Source: Gordonia phage RobinSparkles. From it: a DNA stretch of 24,000 nt. Position numbers and translations under genes: made by a program. Of this stretch, positions 16,778-23,910 are shown piece by piece. Location of the stretch: sequence record MH479923.1; one strand, written 5' to 3'. The notes under the pieces were generated by a model. The model saw only the letters and a program-made list of their open reading frames with translations. It searched no databases and was not told the origin of the DNA. Each line of letters opens with the position of its first letter. The first letter of the stretch is position 1.

Positions 16778-16934
16778 AAAAAGCCAGCTTTTATTCGCGC
16801 CGATATTTGAGAGACCAAAAAAAGCCAGCTTTTATTCGTGCCGATATTTGAACAGACAAAAAGCCAGCTTTTATTCGTGCCGATATTTGAGAGACCAAAA
16901 AAAGCCAGCTTTTATTCGCGCCGATATTTGAGAG
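16778..16934 (-). repeat. start-associated ~40-bp repeat, 4 tandem copies
   Basis: GCCAGC cores at 16783, 16824, 16863 and 16904 (spacing 41/39/41) directly upstream of the ATG at 16762. Confidence 0.92.
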
Positions 16935-16967
16935 GGGAATAATGCTTAGATAATTCCAGAATTCAGA

Positions 16968-16996
16968 ATTAAAATATGTGCAGATTTTGGAAACAA
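16968..16996 (-). promoter_or_regulatory. putative promoter TTGTTT-N17-TTTAAT
   Basis: Hexamers at 17-bp spacing between the operator-like repeats and the 4-copy array. Confidence 0.35.
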
Positions 16997-17008
16997 TTCC
17001 GTGTCACC

Positions 17009-17060
17009 TAATACAAAGCTTGGTACAAAACGCATTTTCCCTAATACAATAGTTGATACA
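17009..17060 (-). repeat. two TGTAYCA-N5-TGTATTA operator-like repeats
   Basis: Units at 17009-17027 and 17042-17060 (minus: TGTACCAAGCTTTGTATTA and TGTATCAACTATTGTATTA). Confidence 0.75.
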
Positions 17061-17067
17061 AAGTTAT

Positions 17068-17388
17068 TTAGTCATTTTTATTCCTATTCTTTCTTTTAAT
17101 TCCACCCTTGGGTCCGATTGAATACATGTATTTAGCTACGTATTCCGATTTTGTTTCATTCAATTCATAGGCATACATAACTGGTTTGTAGATTGAATCC
17201 CTTTTAAATCCCATACCCAAATAGGTAGTACTCTTCCATTTAAAGTACTCAACTAATTCCTTAATTGTGTCCATAGGAATTGCTTTTGCATGATTGGGAT
17301 AATTGCTACTAATGTTTGGATAACAAATAACTCCCAAATACTTAGGCAATATGGCATTGTATTTTGGTTCTAATCTGGCAGTAGACAT
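17068..17388 (-). CDS. hypothetical protein
   Basis: 106-aa ORF. Confidence 0.6.
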   Translation of the reverse strand: MSTARLEPKYNAILPKYLGVICYPNISSNYPNHAKAIPMDTIKELVEYFKWKSTTYLGMGFKRDSIYKPVMYAYELNETKSEYVAKYMYSIGPKGGIKRKNRNKND

Positions 17389-17892
17389 AGTTCACCTATC
17401 TTTCGTTTATAAATGATTGTGTTAATGATTGGTGTCGGGCTGGTCAATTCTTATTCAGTGTGACCCGCTAACCGACAGGAATGCAAGCGCGCGATAACTA
17501 AGAATTAATAGCTATTGCGATTGTTTTTGTTCTCCTGTCTGCCCTGTGTCTGCCCTGTGTCCGCGCGTAGGTTCTGTGTGACCAGCAGAAACGTTCATAG
17601 ACATGCCTAGCGTCGACGCTGAGCGACTTTTATGGTCTGCCTATGCCCTAACCCTAGGTAGGCACCGATAGCGTCTGTGTGTCCACCTGAGCGCTTGCCC
17701 TGTGTGTCTCCTGTGCCCTATGTCGGCAGAGGCCAGCACTAGTGCAACGTTCTCCTGTGCCCTGTGTTGTCCTGTGTCCTGTGCGAGAACGTAGGGCATA
17801 GATACCTAGGCGAGAAACGTCACGTGACGTTACCTATTCGTTATCTAAACCGTTAATGTAGCTAACTATCGGATTAAATAAAAACAGGGCAC

Positions 17893-17948
17893 AAACCACA
17901 CAAGGCACTATTACCTAGGGAATTAGGTAATAGTGCCTTGTGTGGTTT
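17893..17948. terminator. bidirectional hairpin with perfect 25-bp arms
   Basis: AAACCACACAAGGCACTATTACCTA - GGGAAT - TAGGTAATAGTGCCTTGTGTGGTTT. Confidence 0.8.
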
Positions 17949-17973
17949 TGGTTGAGTGATCCGGGACTAGGTT

Positions 17974-18126
17974 CTAGTTTTCCGTGTCGATATCGAAACG
18001 TTCATTCATGTAGTCGCTGAATTCACGTTGCCACGCTGAGCGCTCAGTATGGCGTTCAGTTCTCCTGTCTACGCGCGTACGCCTAGGAATGAAAACAGTA
18101 TCGTCGGTGCGCTTAGTCTGTGCCAT
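17974..18126 (-). CDS. small protein, 50 aa (MAQTKRTDDTVFIPRRTRVDRRTERHTERSAWQREFSDYMNERFDIDTEN)
   Basis: Manually translated, below the track cut-off; purine-rich ribosome-binding sequence upstream. Confidence 0.55.
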   Translation of the reverse strand: MAQTKRTDDTVFIPRRTRVDRRTERHTERSAWQREFSDYMNERFDIDTEN

Positions 18127-18137
18127 GATTATTATTC

Positions 18138-18503
18138 CTATCGGGTAATAGTGCCGTTGCGATTAATGAAAATTCCACCGGGATAGACAGGAGACTCTGC
18201 CCAATCGTTTTCTGTGTCCCGGATAACCATACTGCCCTGTGTAATGCCTACCCTATATCTAGGGCAGTAAGCGCTCACAATTGCATTAAGTCGATTGGCA
18301 GTAGTGCTAGTTTCGTATCCGCAATTACTAATGAAAATGTAATCGTCTCTCAGTACTGCAATAAGGTTACCGTGATGCTTAACGTTAACCCTATCGCTGA
18401 ATACTTCCACGTCCGTTTTATAGGCAATTGTTTCACTAGTTCCATCTTCCACTAGTTCACGCAATGCGCTAGCGGACATGGTAGGTAGCTTCAAGTTAGA
18501 CAT
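18138..18503 (-). CDS. hypothetical protein (MSNLKLPTMSASALRELVEDG...)
   Basis: ORF 18138..18710; ACACAGGAGAAC ribosome-binding sequence indicates the start at 18503. Confidence 0.7.
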   Translation of the reverse strand: MSNLKLPTMSASALRELVEDGTSETIAYKTDVEVFSDRVNVKHHGNLIAVLRDDYIFISNCGYETSTTANRLNAIVSAYCPRYRVGITQGSMVIRDTENDWAESPVYPGGIFINRNGTITR

Positions 18504-18507
18504 GATT

Positions 18508-18729
18508 CTAGTTCTCCTGTGTGATTCGTTCGATGGTTGTTTCTCCCACGGTATCGCTACCCATGAAATAGATAACCTTATCGTCATGGTCTGCGCTAAA
18601 TACTTCCACGCTATTAGTCCAGTAACGTTTCTGCCATACTGTCGCCATACGGACACAGGAACGATAGTGATAGAACCTAAGTGTTTCCATCTGTCCGGAC
18701 TTGTAATCACAAACTGTTACCTTATACAT
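18508..18729 (-). CDS. hypothetical protein
   Basis: 73-aa ORF. Confidence 0.65.
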   Translation of the reverse strand: MYKVTVCDYKSGQMETLRFYHYRSCVRMATVWQKRYWTNSVEVFSADHDDKVIYFMGSDTVGETTIERITQEN

Positions 18730-18734
18730 TGTCT

Positions 18735-19070
18735 TTATTCCTCATCCCATTCTGCATATCCGCGTTGCATTGAATCAAACCATTCACGTGCATCACTATC
18801 GTTCGGCATCTTCTTAATAGTGATAATTCCGTTGCTGTTAATTGCTGCCACGAAACTACCGATCAATTCATCATGCTTGGGCCAACCATAGGCGTCGATA
18901 GTCTCACTAAAGCAACTCATGAATTCGCCATTAGTGGCAGTGAGATTATCGTGCTCAGTATTGGTCACGTAACCAAAGTATCCGGTAGGTGAATCTACGT
19001 GACCATCGCTAGCGGTAAACCAATCATTGTTAAGCATTGCCTTAAACAGTGCTTCTTGTGCGGTATCCAT
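18735..19070 (-). CDS. hypothetical protein (MDTAQEALFKAMLNND...)
   Basis: ORF 18735..19118; ribosome-binding sequence CACAGGAGAA places the start at 19070. Confidence 0.7.
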   Translation of the reverse strand: MDTAQEALFKAMLNNDWFTASDGHVDSPTGYFGYVTNTEHDNLTATNGEFMSCFSETIDAYGWPKHDELIGSFVAAINSNGIITIKKMPNDSDAREWFDSMQRGYAEWDEE

Positions 19071-19105
19071 TGTGATTGTTCTCCTGTGTGTTGTGTGAAT
19101 GAGGT

Positions 19106-19163
19106 TTATATCCCTCACTGATTACACAGTGAGCTAATCACTGTGTAATCAGAGTCGATATAA
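19106..19163. terminator. intergenic hairpin cassette, 14-bp perfect stem
   Basis: CTGATTACACAGTG (19118-19131) / CACTGTGTAATCAG (19139-19152), outer TTATATC / GATATAA. Confidence 0.7.
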
Positions 19164-19165
19164 CC

Positions 19166-19402
19166 CTATGCCTTCCACCAAGTCTTACCGTCGGTAATCC
19201 AACCATCTGAGTAGAAGGCTTTACCGTCACCATATGCACGCAATTGCTCGCCACATGGCGAGTAGTAAGGTGACTCATCTTCCAGTAGCTCACCTATGCC
19301 AAATAGACGCGTAGGCGTACTGGCAGGGTCACAGGCTGTTACCGGTAGTGGTGCCTGTGTCGGTGCCGTAATGCTGAGCAGAAACGCAATAATAAGTTCC
19401 AT
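19166..19402 (-). CDS. putative secreted protein
   Basis: 78 aa; short N-terminal hydrophobic stretch MELIIAFLLSITAPTQA, mature part with Cys pair. Confidence 0.6.
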   Translation of the reverse strand: MELIIAFLLSITAPTQAPLPVTACDPASTPTRLFGIGELLEDESPYYSPCGEQLRAYGDGKAFYSDGWITDGKTWWKA

Positions 19403-19404
19403 GT

Positions 19405-19689
19405 CTACACGCTCACATTCTTAATTCCGCCCCGGGCACCGATAACAATTCTGCCCATTGGGTAGTCATGGAAATTCATTGCACTGTCACACTCATCACA
19501 TTGTGGGTAGTAGTCAATGCACGCTGTGTGATATTGCTCGTAATCGTTCGGGTAATACTTACTCCCCTCGTCTACCAATCCGTGACGATGGTAAGCGTCA
19601 TATAGATATTGCTTTGCCTCATTCACAGAATCGAAACGCTTATGATCATGGTCATAAGGGGACAGATTGATATGGGCGCAAATTTTCAT
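19405..19689 (-). CDS. hypothetical protein with CDECD motif
   Basis: 94-aa ORF. Confidence 0.65.
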   Translation of the reverse strand: MKICAHINLSPYDHDHKRFDSVNEAKQYLYDAYHRHGLVDEGSKYYPNDYEQYHTACIDYYPQCDECDSAMNFHDYPMGRIVIGARGGIKNVSV

Positions 19690-19691
19690 GA

Positions 19692-19943
19692 CTAATCCTT
19701 ATTTGCTTGATTGATTACATGACTAGGCAGTTTTCGATATATATCGCTACCCATTTTCGTATATCCCTCTAGTTGCAAATGTGGCCTACGTTTACGCAAT
19801 TGCTTAGCCTTATCGACTACCTTTTGATCTGCATTTTCCTGTGAGATTCTTCCATCTACCCACATTAAACAATCTGTACCGACAACTGTGTTAAATTCAA
19901 GTGCTATTGGACGTTCACCATTATAATAACTATTGCGTGCCAT
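19692..19943 (-). CDS. hypothetical protein
   Basis: 83-aa ORF. Confidence 0.65.
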   Translation of the reverse strand: MARNSYYNGERPIALEFNTVVGTDCLMWVDGRISQENADQKVVDKAKQLRKRRPHLQLEGYTKMGSDIYRKLPSHVINQANKD

Positions 19944-19949
19944 GACTTT

Positions 19950-20114
19950 TTATTCTCCTGACTTGGATATCTCGAATGAAACAACTACGTCGGTAGCTAC
20001 GGATATCAATAGTTCTGTAATTACCTGACCAATTCTTTCGACCGAATAAGTACCTGACATAGGGTCTACGTACTTACCGTTACCGTCGTCGCAATACACT
20101 GTGAGCGCATACAT
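19950..20114 (-). CDS. small protein, 54 aa (MYALTVYCDDGNGKYVDPMSGTYSVERIGQVITELLISVATDVVVSFEISKSGE)
   Basis: Manually translated; GACAGGAGAA ribosome-binding sequence upstream. Confidence 0.6.
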   Translation of the reverse strand: MYALTVYCDDGNGKYVDPMSGTYSVERIGQVITELLISVATDVVVSFEISKSGE

Positions 20115-20157
20115 GTGTGTTTCTCCTGTCTGTGTTGCCCTGTGTGGACATGGCAGA

Positions 20158-20185
20158 CTCTAGGGTAGGTCTGTCTACCCTAGAG
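20158..20185. terminator. hairpin CTCTAGGGTAG - GTCTGT - CTACCCTAGAG
   Basis: 11-bp perfect stem between the 353-aa gene stop and the next gene. Confidence 0.65.
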
Positions 20186-20220
20186 CCGCTAAACCCTCAC
20201 AGAATCGAACTGAGCGCTTC

Positions 20221-21282
20221 TCAGGCGATAGCTACCTGTACCATCTTCCACAATTCTTCATCCAAAGCGTCAAACTTGCCCTTAATGCGTGCTTCAGAAT
20301 TGCGCTCGTAACGCGATGCTTCCCCACGAATTTCGGACGCATGATGAGCGAACGTGTTTCCTGTCTGGACAAGTCCAAGGGCAGTACCGGACCAATCTGC
20401 ACACATTGCATCATGACGGTACATATCAAGGAATTTGTCGCGCTTGTTTTCCGTGCGCGTGTATCCTTTGCCTTTTTCATCCGGCAACGGTGCCCAAGCA
20501 TCGAGAAACGCGAACAATTGCGCGTCGTCAATCTCAATATCGCTCAGCATGTGAATCTGGTCTGTGTACAGTTCGATACCGTTTTCAACCAATCCCAATG
20601 CTTCGCGTGCCTGGTCAATTTTTGCGTTGGAATGCTTAGTGTGCTTGATCTTAAAGAAACGTCCATCCCTTTTCATCTCACCAAGCGCTACCGCGCGAGT
20701 ATTGTCACAGACAGTTTGAGTAATGGTTAGTCCGTGGGTAGTGGCGCATGAACCATCGAGAGCGGTAGTGGCAAGGTAATTGCTACGGAATGCCATACCG
20801 GTTTTAGCGTCGTGAATTGTCTCAGGAATGGAGAACTCTACCCAAGCAACGGCACCGCCCTTGAGAAGTCCGGCCGACGATGGTTGCAGAGTTTCACCGA
20901 TAACGTTGCTTGCAAGTCCAATGAGCCAATCGCGGTAATCATGCACTGCGTAAGAATCACTGTGCAGACCAATTGTGCGGTAATTGTCCGATCGAACAAT
21001 TGCCATTTTTCCCGGTACTAGAACGTTAACTACAGGATTACCGTATGAGTCAATGCCGGTAGCGTGTTCTGCATTATCGGTCGGGACTTCTGCATGAATG
21101 GGGACCTGCAACGGTTCCCAATTAAACAAGCGACGATTGATATCGGCGACCGGGATAGCCCCGGAGTAATGGTTAGACTCTGCACCCTGATATGCGGCGT
21201 CATAATGCCATGCGTGACCACGCTGGTCGGTGAATCCGACCAGGACGTTCGTGTTCAATGTTTCAATGCTCTCAGAGGACAT
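20221..21282 (-). CDS. DUF932-like (phage/plasmid-related TIGR03299-like) protein
   Basis: 353 aa; overall architecture with V(R)SDNYRTIG..., SYLATTALDGSCATTHGLTITQTVCDNTRAVAL reminiscent of DUF932. Confidence 0.65.
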   Translation of the reverse strand: MSSESIETLNTNVLVGFTDQRGHAWHYDAAYQGAESNHYSGAIPVADINRRLFNWEPLQVPIHAEVPTDNAEHATGIDSYGNPVVNVLVPGKMAIVRSDNYRTIGLHSDSYAVHDYRDWLIGLASNVIGETLQPSSAGLLKGGAVAWVEFSIPETIHDAKTGMAFRSNYLATTALDGSCATTHGLTITQTVCDNTRAVALGEMKRDGRFFKIKHTKHSNAKIDQAREALGLVENGIELYTDQIHMLSDIEIDDAQLFAFLDAWAPLPDEKGKGYTRTENKRDKFLDMYRHDAMCADWSGTALGLVQTGNTFAHHASEIRGEASRYERNSEARIKGKFDALDEELWKMVQVAIA

Positions 21283-21316
21283 AATTGTTTCTCCTGTGTG
21301 TTGTGTGGTGATGGTT

Positions 21317-21369
21317 TGAATCCATCGCTAGCTATTGGGTTGGTTATCCCAATAGCTAGGGTTGATTCA
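21317..21369. repeat. intergenic hairpin cassette A
   Basis: TGAATC...CTAGCTATTGGG-ttggttat-CCCAATAGCTAG...GATTCA. Confidence 0.8.
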
Positions 21370-21450
21370 GTCCGGTAATGCGTACTCGCACCAAATGAAC
21401 AATGGTGCGAGTATGACCAGTGCGAGAACTAACGCGTATTGCCAACTCAT
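21367..21450 (-). CDS. tiny membrane peptide, 27 aa (MSWQYALVLALVILAPLFIWCEYALPD)
   Basis: Manually translated; start overlaps upstream stop, single hydrophobic helix. Confidence 0.4.
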   Translation of the reverse strand: MSWQYALVLALVILAPLFIWCEYALPD

Positions 21451-21752
21451 GACGCATTCCATGCCGGTCGTCGATGCTTGCCATTGTCGGAATAAGGTTC
21501 ATCGCCTAACAATTCACCATTAGTTCCGATACTGTCTAGCATTTCCTCGAATTTAACGATGTTGGGAGTCAGTTCTCTGTCATTGCCCATAATCGCGAAA
21601 CTATGTCGTGGTCGCTTTTCGTAATTGTCTGCCCTACGTCCACGCTCAGGATCAATACCCAAACAACGGTTAAGCTTTTCGTGATAGCCCATTGTGCGCT
21701 CTGTGTTGGTCTGTGAGCGCTTAACAAGGTTGACTTGGTACTTGGTAGCCAT
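21447..21752 (-). CDS. hypothetical protein
   Basis: 101-aa ORF preceded by GACAGGAGAAC. Confidence 0.65.
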   Translation of the reverse strand: MATKYQVNLVKRSQTNTERTMGYHEKLNRCLGIDPERGRRADNYEKRPRHSFAIMGNDRELTPNIVKFEEMLDSIGTNGELLGDEPYSDNGKHRRPAWNAS

Positions 21753-21810
21753 GATGGTTTGTTCTCCTGTCTGCGACGCTGTGAGCGTCTCCTGTGTGAG
21801 TGATAGACCT

Positions 21811-21865
21811 TGAATCCATCGCTAGGCGCATGTTTCACGTGAAACATGCGCCTAAGGTTGATTCA
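21811..21865. repeat. intergenic hairpin cassette B, containing parS
   Basis: TGAATC...perfect 32-bp palindrome TAGGCGCATGTTTCACGTGAAACATGCGCCTA...GATTCA. Confidence 0.9.
21831..21846. promoter_or_regulatory. parS (ParB/Spo0J-type centromere) consensus site 1
   Basis: Exact 16-bp TGTTTCACGTGAAACA. Confidence 0.88.
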
Positions 21866-22162
21866 CGGTTCGGCGCGCAAAATTCCTTCCACCGCTCCGC
21901 GTGCCTTATAGCCGCTAATGGTGTGAGTCATGAAACTCACATGAGCCGCACGGACTGTCCCACCGACGTACTCGACTTTCATGGTGTCTGTGTCGCCCTG
22001 TGAATCCGTGCGACTGTAAACCATCGTGACCAGAGGGAAGTCTGCACGCTTAAATGTGAATTCCTCACACTCAATGATCCAACTGTTTTCGTCGGCCAGA
22101 CGATTGATACCGCGCACGACAGGATGGAAGGAAATACCGTCAAGTTCCTGTGTAAATGCCAT
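21863..22162 (-). CDS. hypothetical protein
   Basis: 99-aa ORF, ACACAGGAGAAAAG ribosome-binding sequence. Confidence 0.7.
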   Translation of the reverse strand: MAFTQELDGISFHPVVRGINRLADENSWIIECEEFTFKRADFPLVTMVYSRTDSQGDTDTMKVEYVGGTVRAAHVSFMTHTISGYKARGAVEGILRAEP

Positions 22163-22194
22163 TGTCTTTTCTCCTGTGTTGTGTGAATTCCGAT

Positions 22195-22251
22195 TGAATC
22201 CATCGCTAGGTCACAGGGTTAAGGGATAACCCTGTGCCTAAGGTTGATTCA
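22195..22251. repeat. intergenic hairpin cassette C
   Basis: TGAATC...CACAGGGTT-aagggat-AACCCTGTG...GATTCA. Confidence 0.8.
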
Positions 22252-22464
22252 GTCTGTGAGTACCAGTCGAACATGTGAGTATCGAATTGAATCGGTATCG
22301 ACGATTACTCCATTGGCTAGTACCAAGTCGATACGCAGTGAATCATTGTTCGGGTACTTAATGTCCACTACCTTATCGGCGCGCTTATTCCTGTGATCAA
22401 AAACGATTACGTCCCCACGACGAATGCGATTGTTCGGGACCATTACCGTATTGAGCTTTCCCAT
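22249..22464 (-). CDS. hypothetical protein (MGKLNTVMVPNNRIRRGDVIVFDHRNKRADKV...)
   Basis: ORF 22249..22557; ACACAGGAGAAG ribosome-binding sequence gives the start at 22464. Confidence 0.65.
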   Translation of the reverse strand: MGKLNTVMVPNNRIRRGDVIVFDHRNKRADKVVDIKYPNNDSLRIDLVLANGVIVDTDSIRYSHVRLVLTD

Positions 22465-22484
22465 TGTTTCTTCTCCTGTGTGGG

Positions 22485-22561
22485 TTGAATGGTTCGCAGG
22501 TAATGCGGATATCGGTTGCCTTGGTACGGCACGCCTACCCGCATTACCTAGGTACATTCAA
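22485..22561. repeat. intergenic inverted-repeat cassette
   Basis: TTGAATG...AGGTAATGCGG (22498-22508) / CCGCATTACCT (22539-22549)...CATTCAA. Confidence 0.65.
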
Positions 22562-22729
22562 ACCTGTGACAGACCATTAAACGGATGATGCATCATGTGC
22601 AGCGCATACGCTGGACTGTCCTCGCCGGATCACTCTGTTGACTTTTCAAGGTTCACGCGTGAGTCGGGACTTGCGCGCACATGGCTCGCGCCGCGTGCCC
22701 TGCCCTACTCACTAACAACTCATATCACC

Positions 22730-22758
22730 TTTATACACACCGACTGACATGCGTGCAA
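22730..22758 (-). promoter_or_regulatory. putative promoter TTGCAC-N17-TATAAA for the leftward operon
   Basis: Near-consensus hexamers with 17-bp spacer upstream of the rightmost leftward genes. Confidence 0.6.
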
Positions 22759-22795
22759 TACCTAGCTAGAAAATTCTCGCACAAGTGCTGCGCAG

Positions 22796-22811
22796 TGTTT
22801 CACGTGAAACA
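22796..22811. promoter_or_regulatory. parS consensus site 2
   Basis: Exact 16-bp TGTTTCACGTGAAACA, about 38 bp upstream of the putative -35. Confidence 0.88.
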
Positions 22812-23183
22812 TCGTGCGCTTGTCGGTGCCACGTGAGCACAGGTCAAGGTCCGTGCGTGGATAGAAGGAAGGCGCGCGATATCATGACTTACGCGAAAAC
22901 ACAAGGACTTTTTGAGACCAAAATTAGGGCTGGCTATTGAGTGTAGTCGCACTACACCGAATTGTCGGCGGCGCGGTCGGGTAGCAAGTTTCGTAGAACC
23001 ATCTGTTAAACGGCCTGAGTTGCCTTCTAACAGAGTTTTTACCCACATGGTCACAGGGACATTCCTTGCCCTGTTTTCGTCCGCTAGCGTTGAAGCCTTT
23101 TTCGACGGTAACAAGCGTAAACCCTTGTGTTGCAAGGCTTTACGTACGCTTGTCGGTAGCACGGTAACTTAGCCCTTTTTAGG

Positions 23184-23265
23184 GTGCCCTATCTACGTAG
23201 GTATGTGCATATACGTAGGGCACTGTGTATACACACGTACCTACGTATGCGCAGTGCCCTACGTA
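23184..23265. repeat. cluster of four TACGTA palindromes with inverted TACGTAGGGCAC / GTGCCCTACGTA
   Basis: TACGTA at 23194, 23212, 23242 and 23260; 12-bp arms at 23212-23223 and 23254-23265. Confidence 0.75.
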
Positions 23266-23271
23266 TGGTTA

Positions 23272-23368
23272 TGTATCAAGCATTGTATTAGGTGAACAGT
23301 GAATGGGTTATGTATCAAGCATTGTATTAAGTGTGTAATGATTAGGCTTTGTATTAACCATTGTATTA
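23272..23368 (+). repeat. three TGTATYA-N5-TGTATTA repeats at exact 39-bp spacing
   Basis: Units at 23272-23290, 23311-23329 and 23350-23368. Confidence 0.8.
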
Positions 23369-23910
23369 AGTGAATGTATTATGCACGTAATTAAACACTG
23401 TGATTATTAGTGTCCTACCAGTGTGGTCAGCGACTGCCCTTAAAGTGGTGGGTATTAAAGGGAGTGGCTTTAAATAGGTGGGTATTAAAAGGGGACGCAT
23501 TAAAGGGCATGATTAAAGGAAAGGCTTAAGTAATGTGTGAGCATGAAACGTCAGCGAGAAGATCACAAGGGTGATAATTCGGTTCGGTGAATTGGGATTA
23601 ACTGAAAGTAATCGGTATTGCTATGTTTGTTCGGTTAATTGGGATTAATTGAAGTGTCACGTTTTTTGATTAAGAGTTTTTTGTTAGATGGTGTATTAAG
23701 GGGATTACGAAATATGGGCAAAGAAATAGGGGATATGAAAACGGGGGATTACTCGAATTTCTCGCATTTACTTTTGTTTTTGAATTCGCGCGAAATTCGA
23801 TCAGCATTCCGTCAATTCTCGCCGAATTCATGGGAATGGTGGGGAATGGCATTTCTCGAATTCCATAAATGATACCGGGATATCAATTCTGGCCCATTTA
23901 TCTATTCCGT

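Noticed and set aside
16707-16931. 74-aa plus ORF with repeated KKASFYSCRYL units
   Set aside because: The repetition is only the translation of the DNA repeat array.
16778-16934. Possible CRISPR array
   Set aside because: The whole 40-bp unit is repeated with only 1-2-nt or short local differences; there are no unique spacers and no cas genes nearby.
21569-21847. 92-aa minus ORF starting MFHVKHAPSDG (and plus ORF 21800..22003 containing MFHVKHAP)
   Set aside because: The MFHVKH peptide is simply the parS palindrome read through. The overlapping 101-aa frame (21447..21752) has a proper ACAGGAGAA ribosome-binding sequence.
22800-23162. 120-aa minus ORF
   Set aside because: Composition is not protein-like, its stop falls in parS, it lacks a clear ribosome-binding site, and it overlaps an equally weak plus-strand ORF.
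23639-23872. 77-aa plus ORF (and 60-aa minus ORF 23670..23852)
   Set aside because: TTG start without a convincing ribosome-binding site in an AT-rich repeat-bearing region; it cannot be supported from sequence alone, though homology search could change this.
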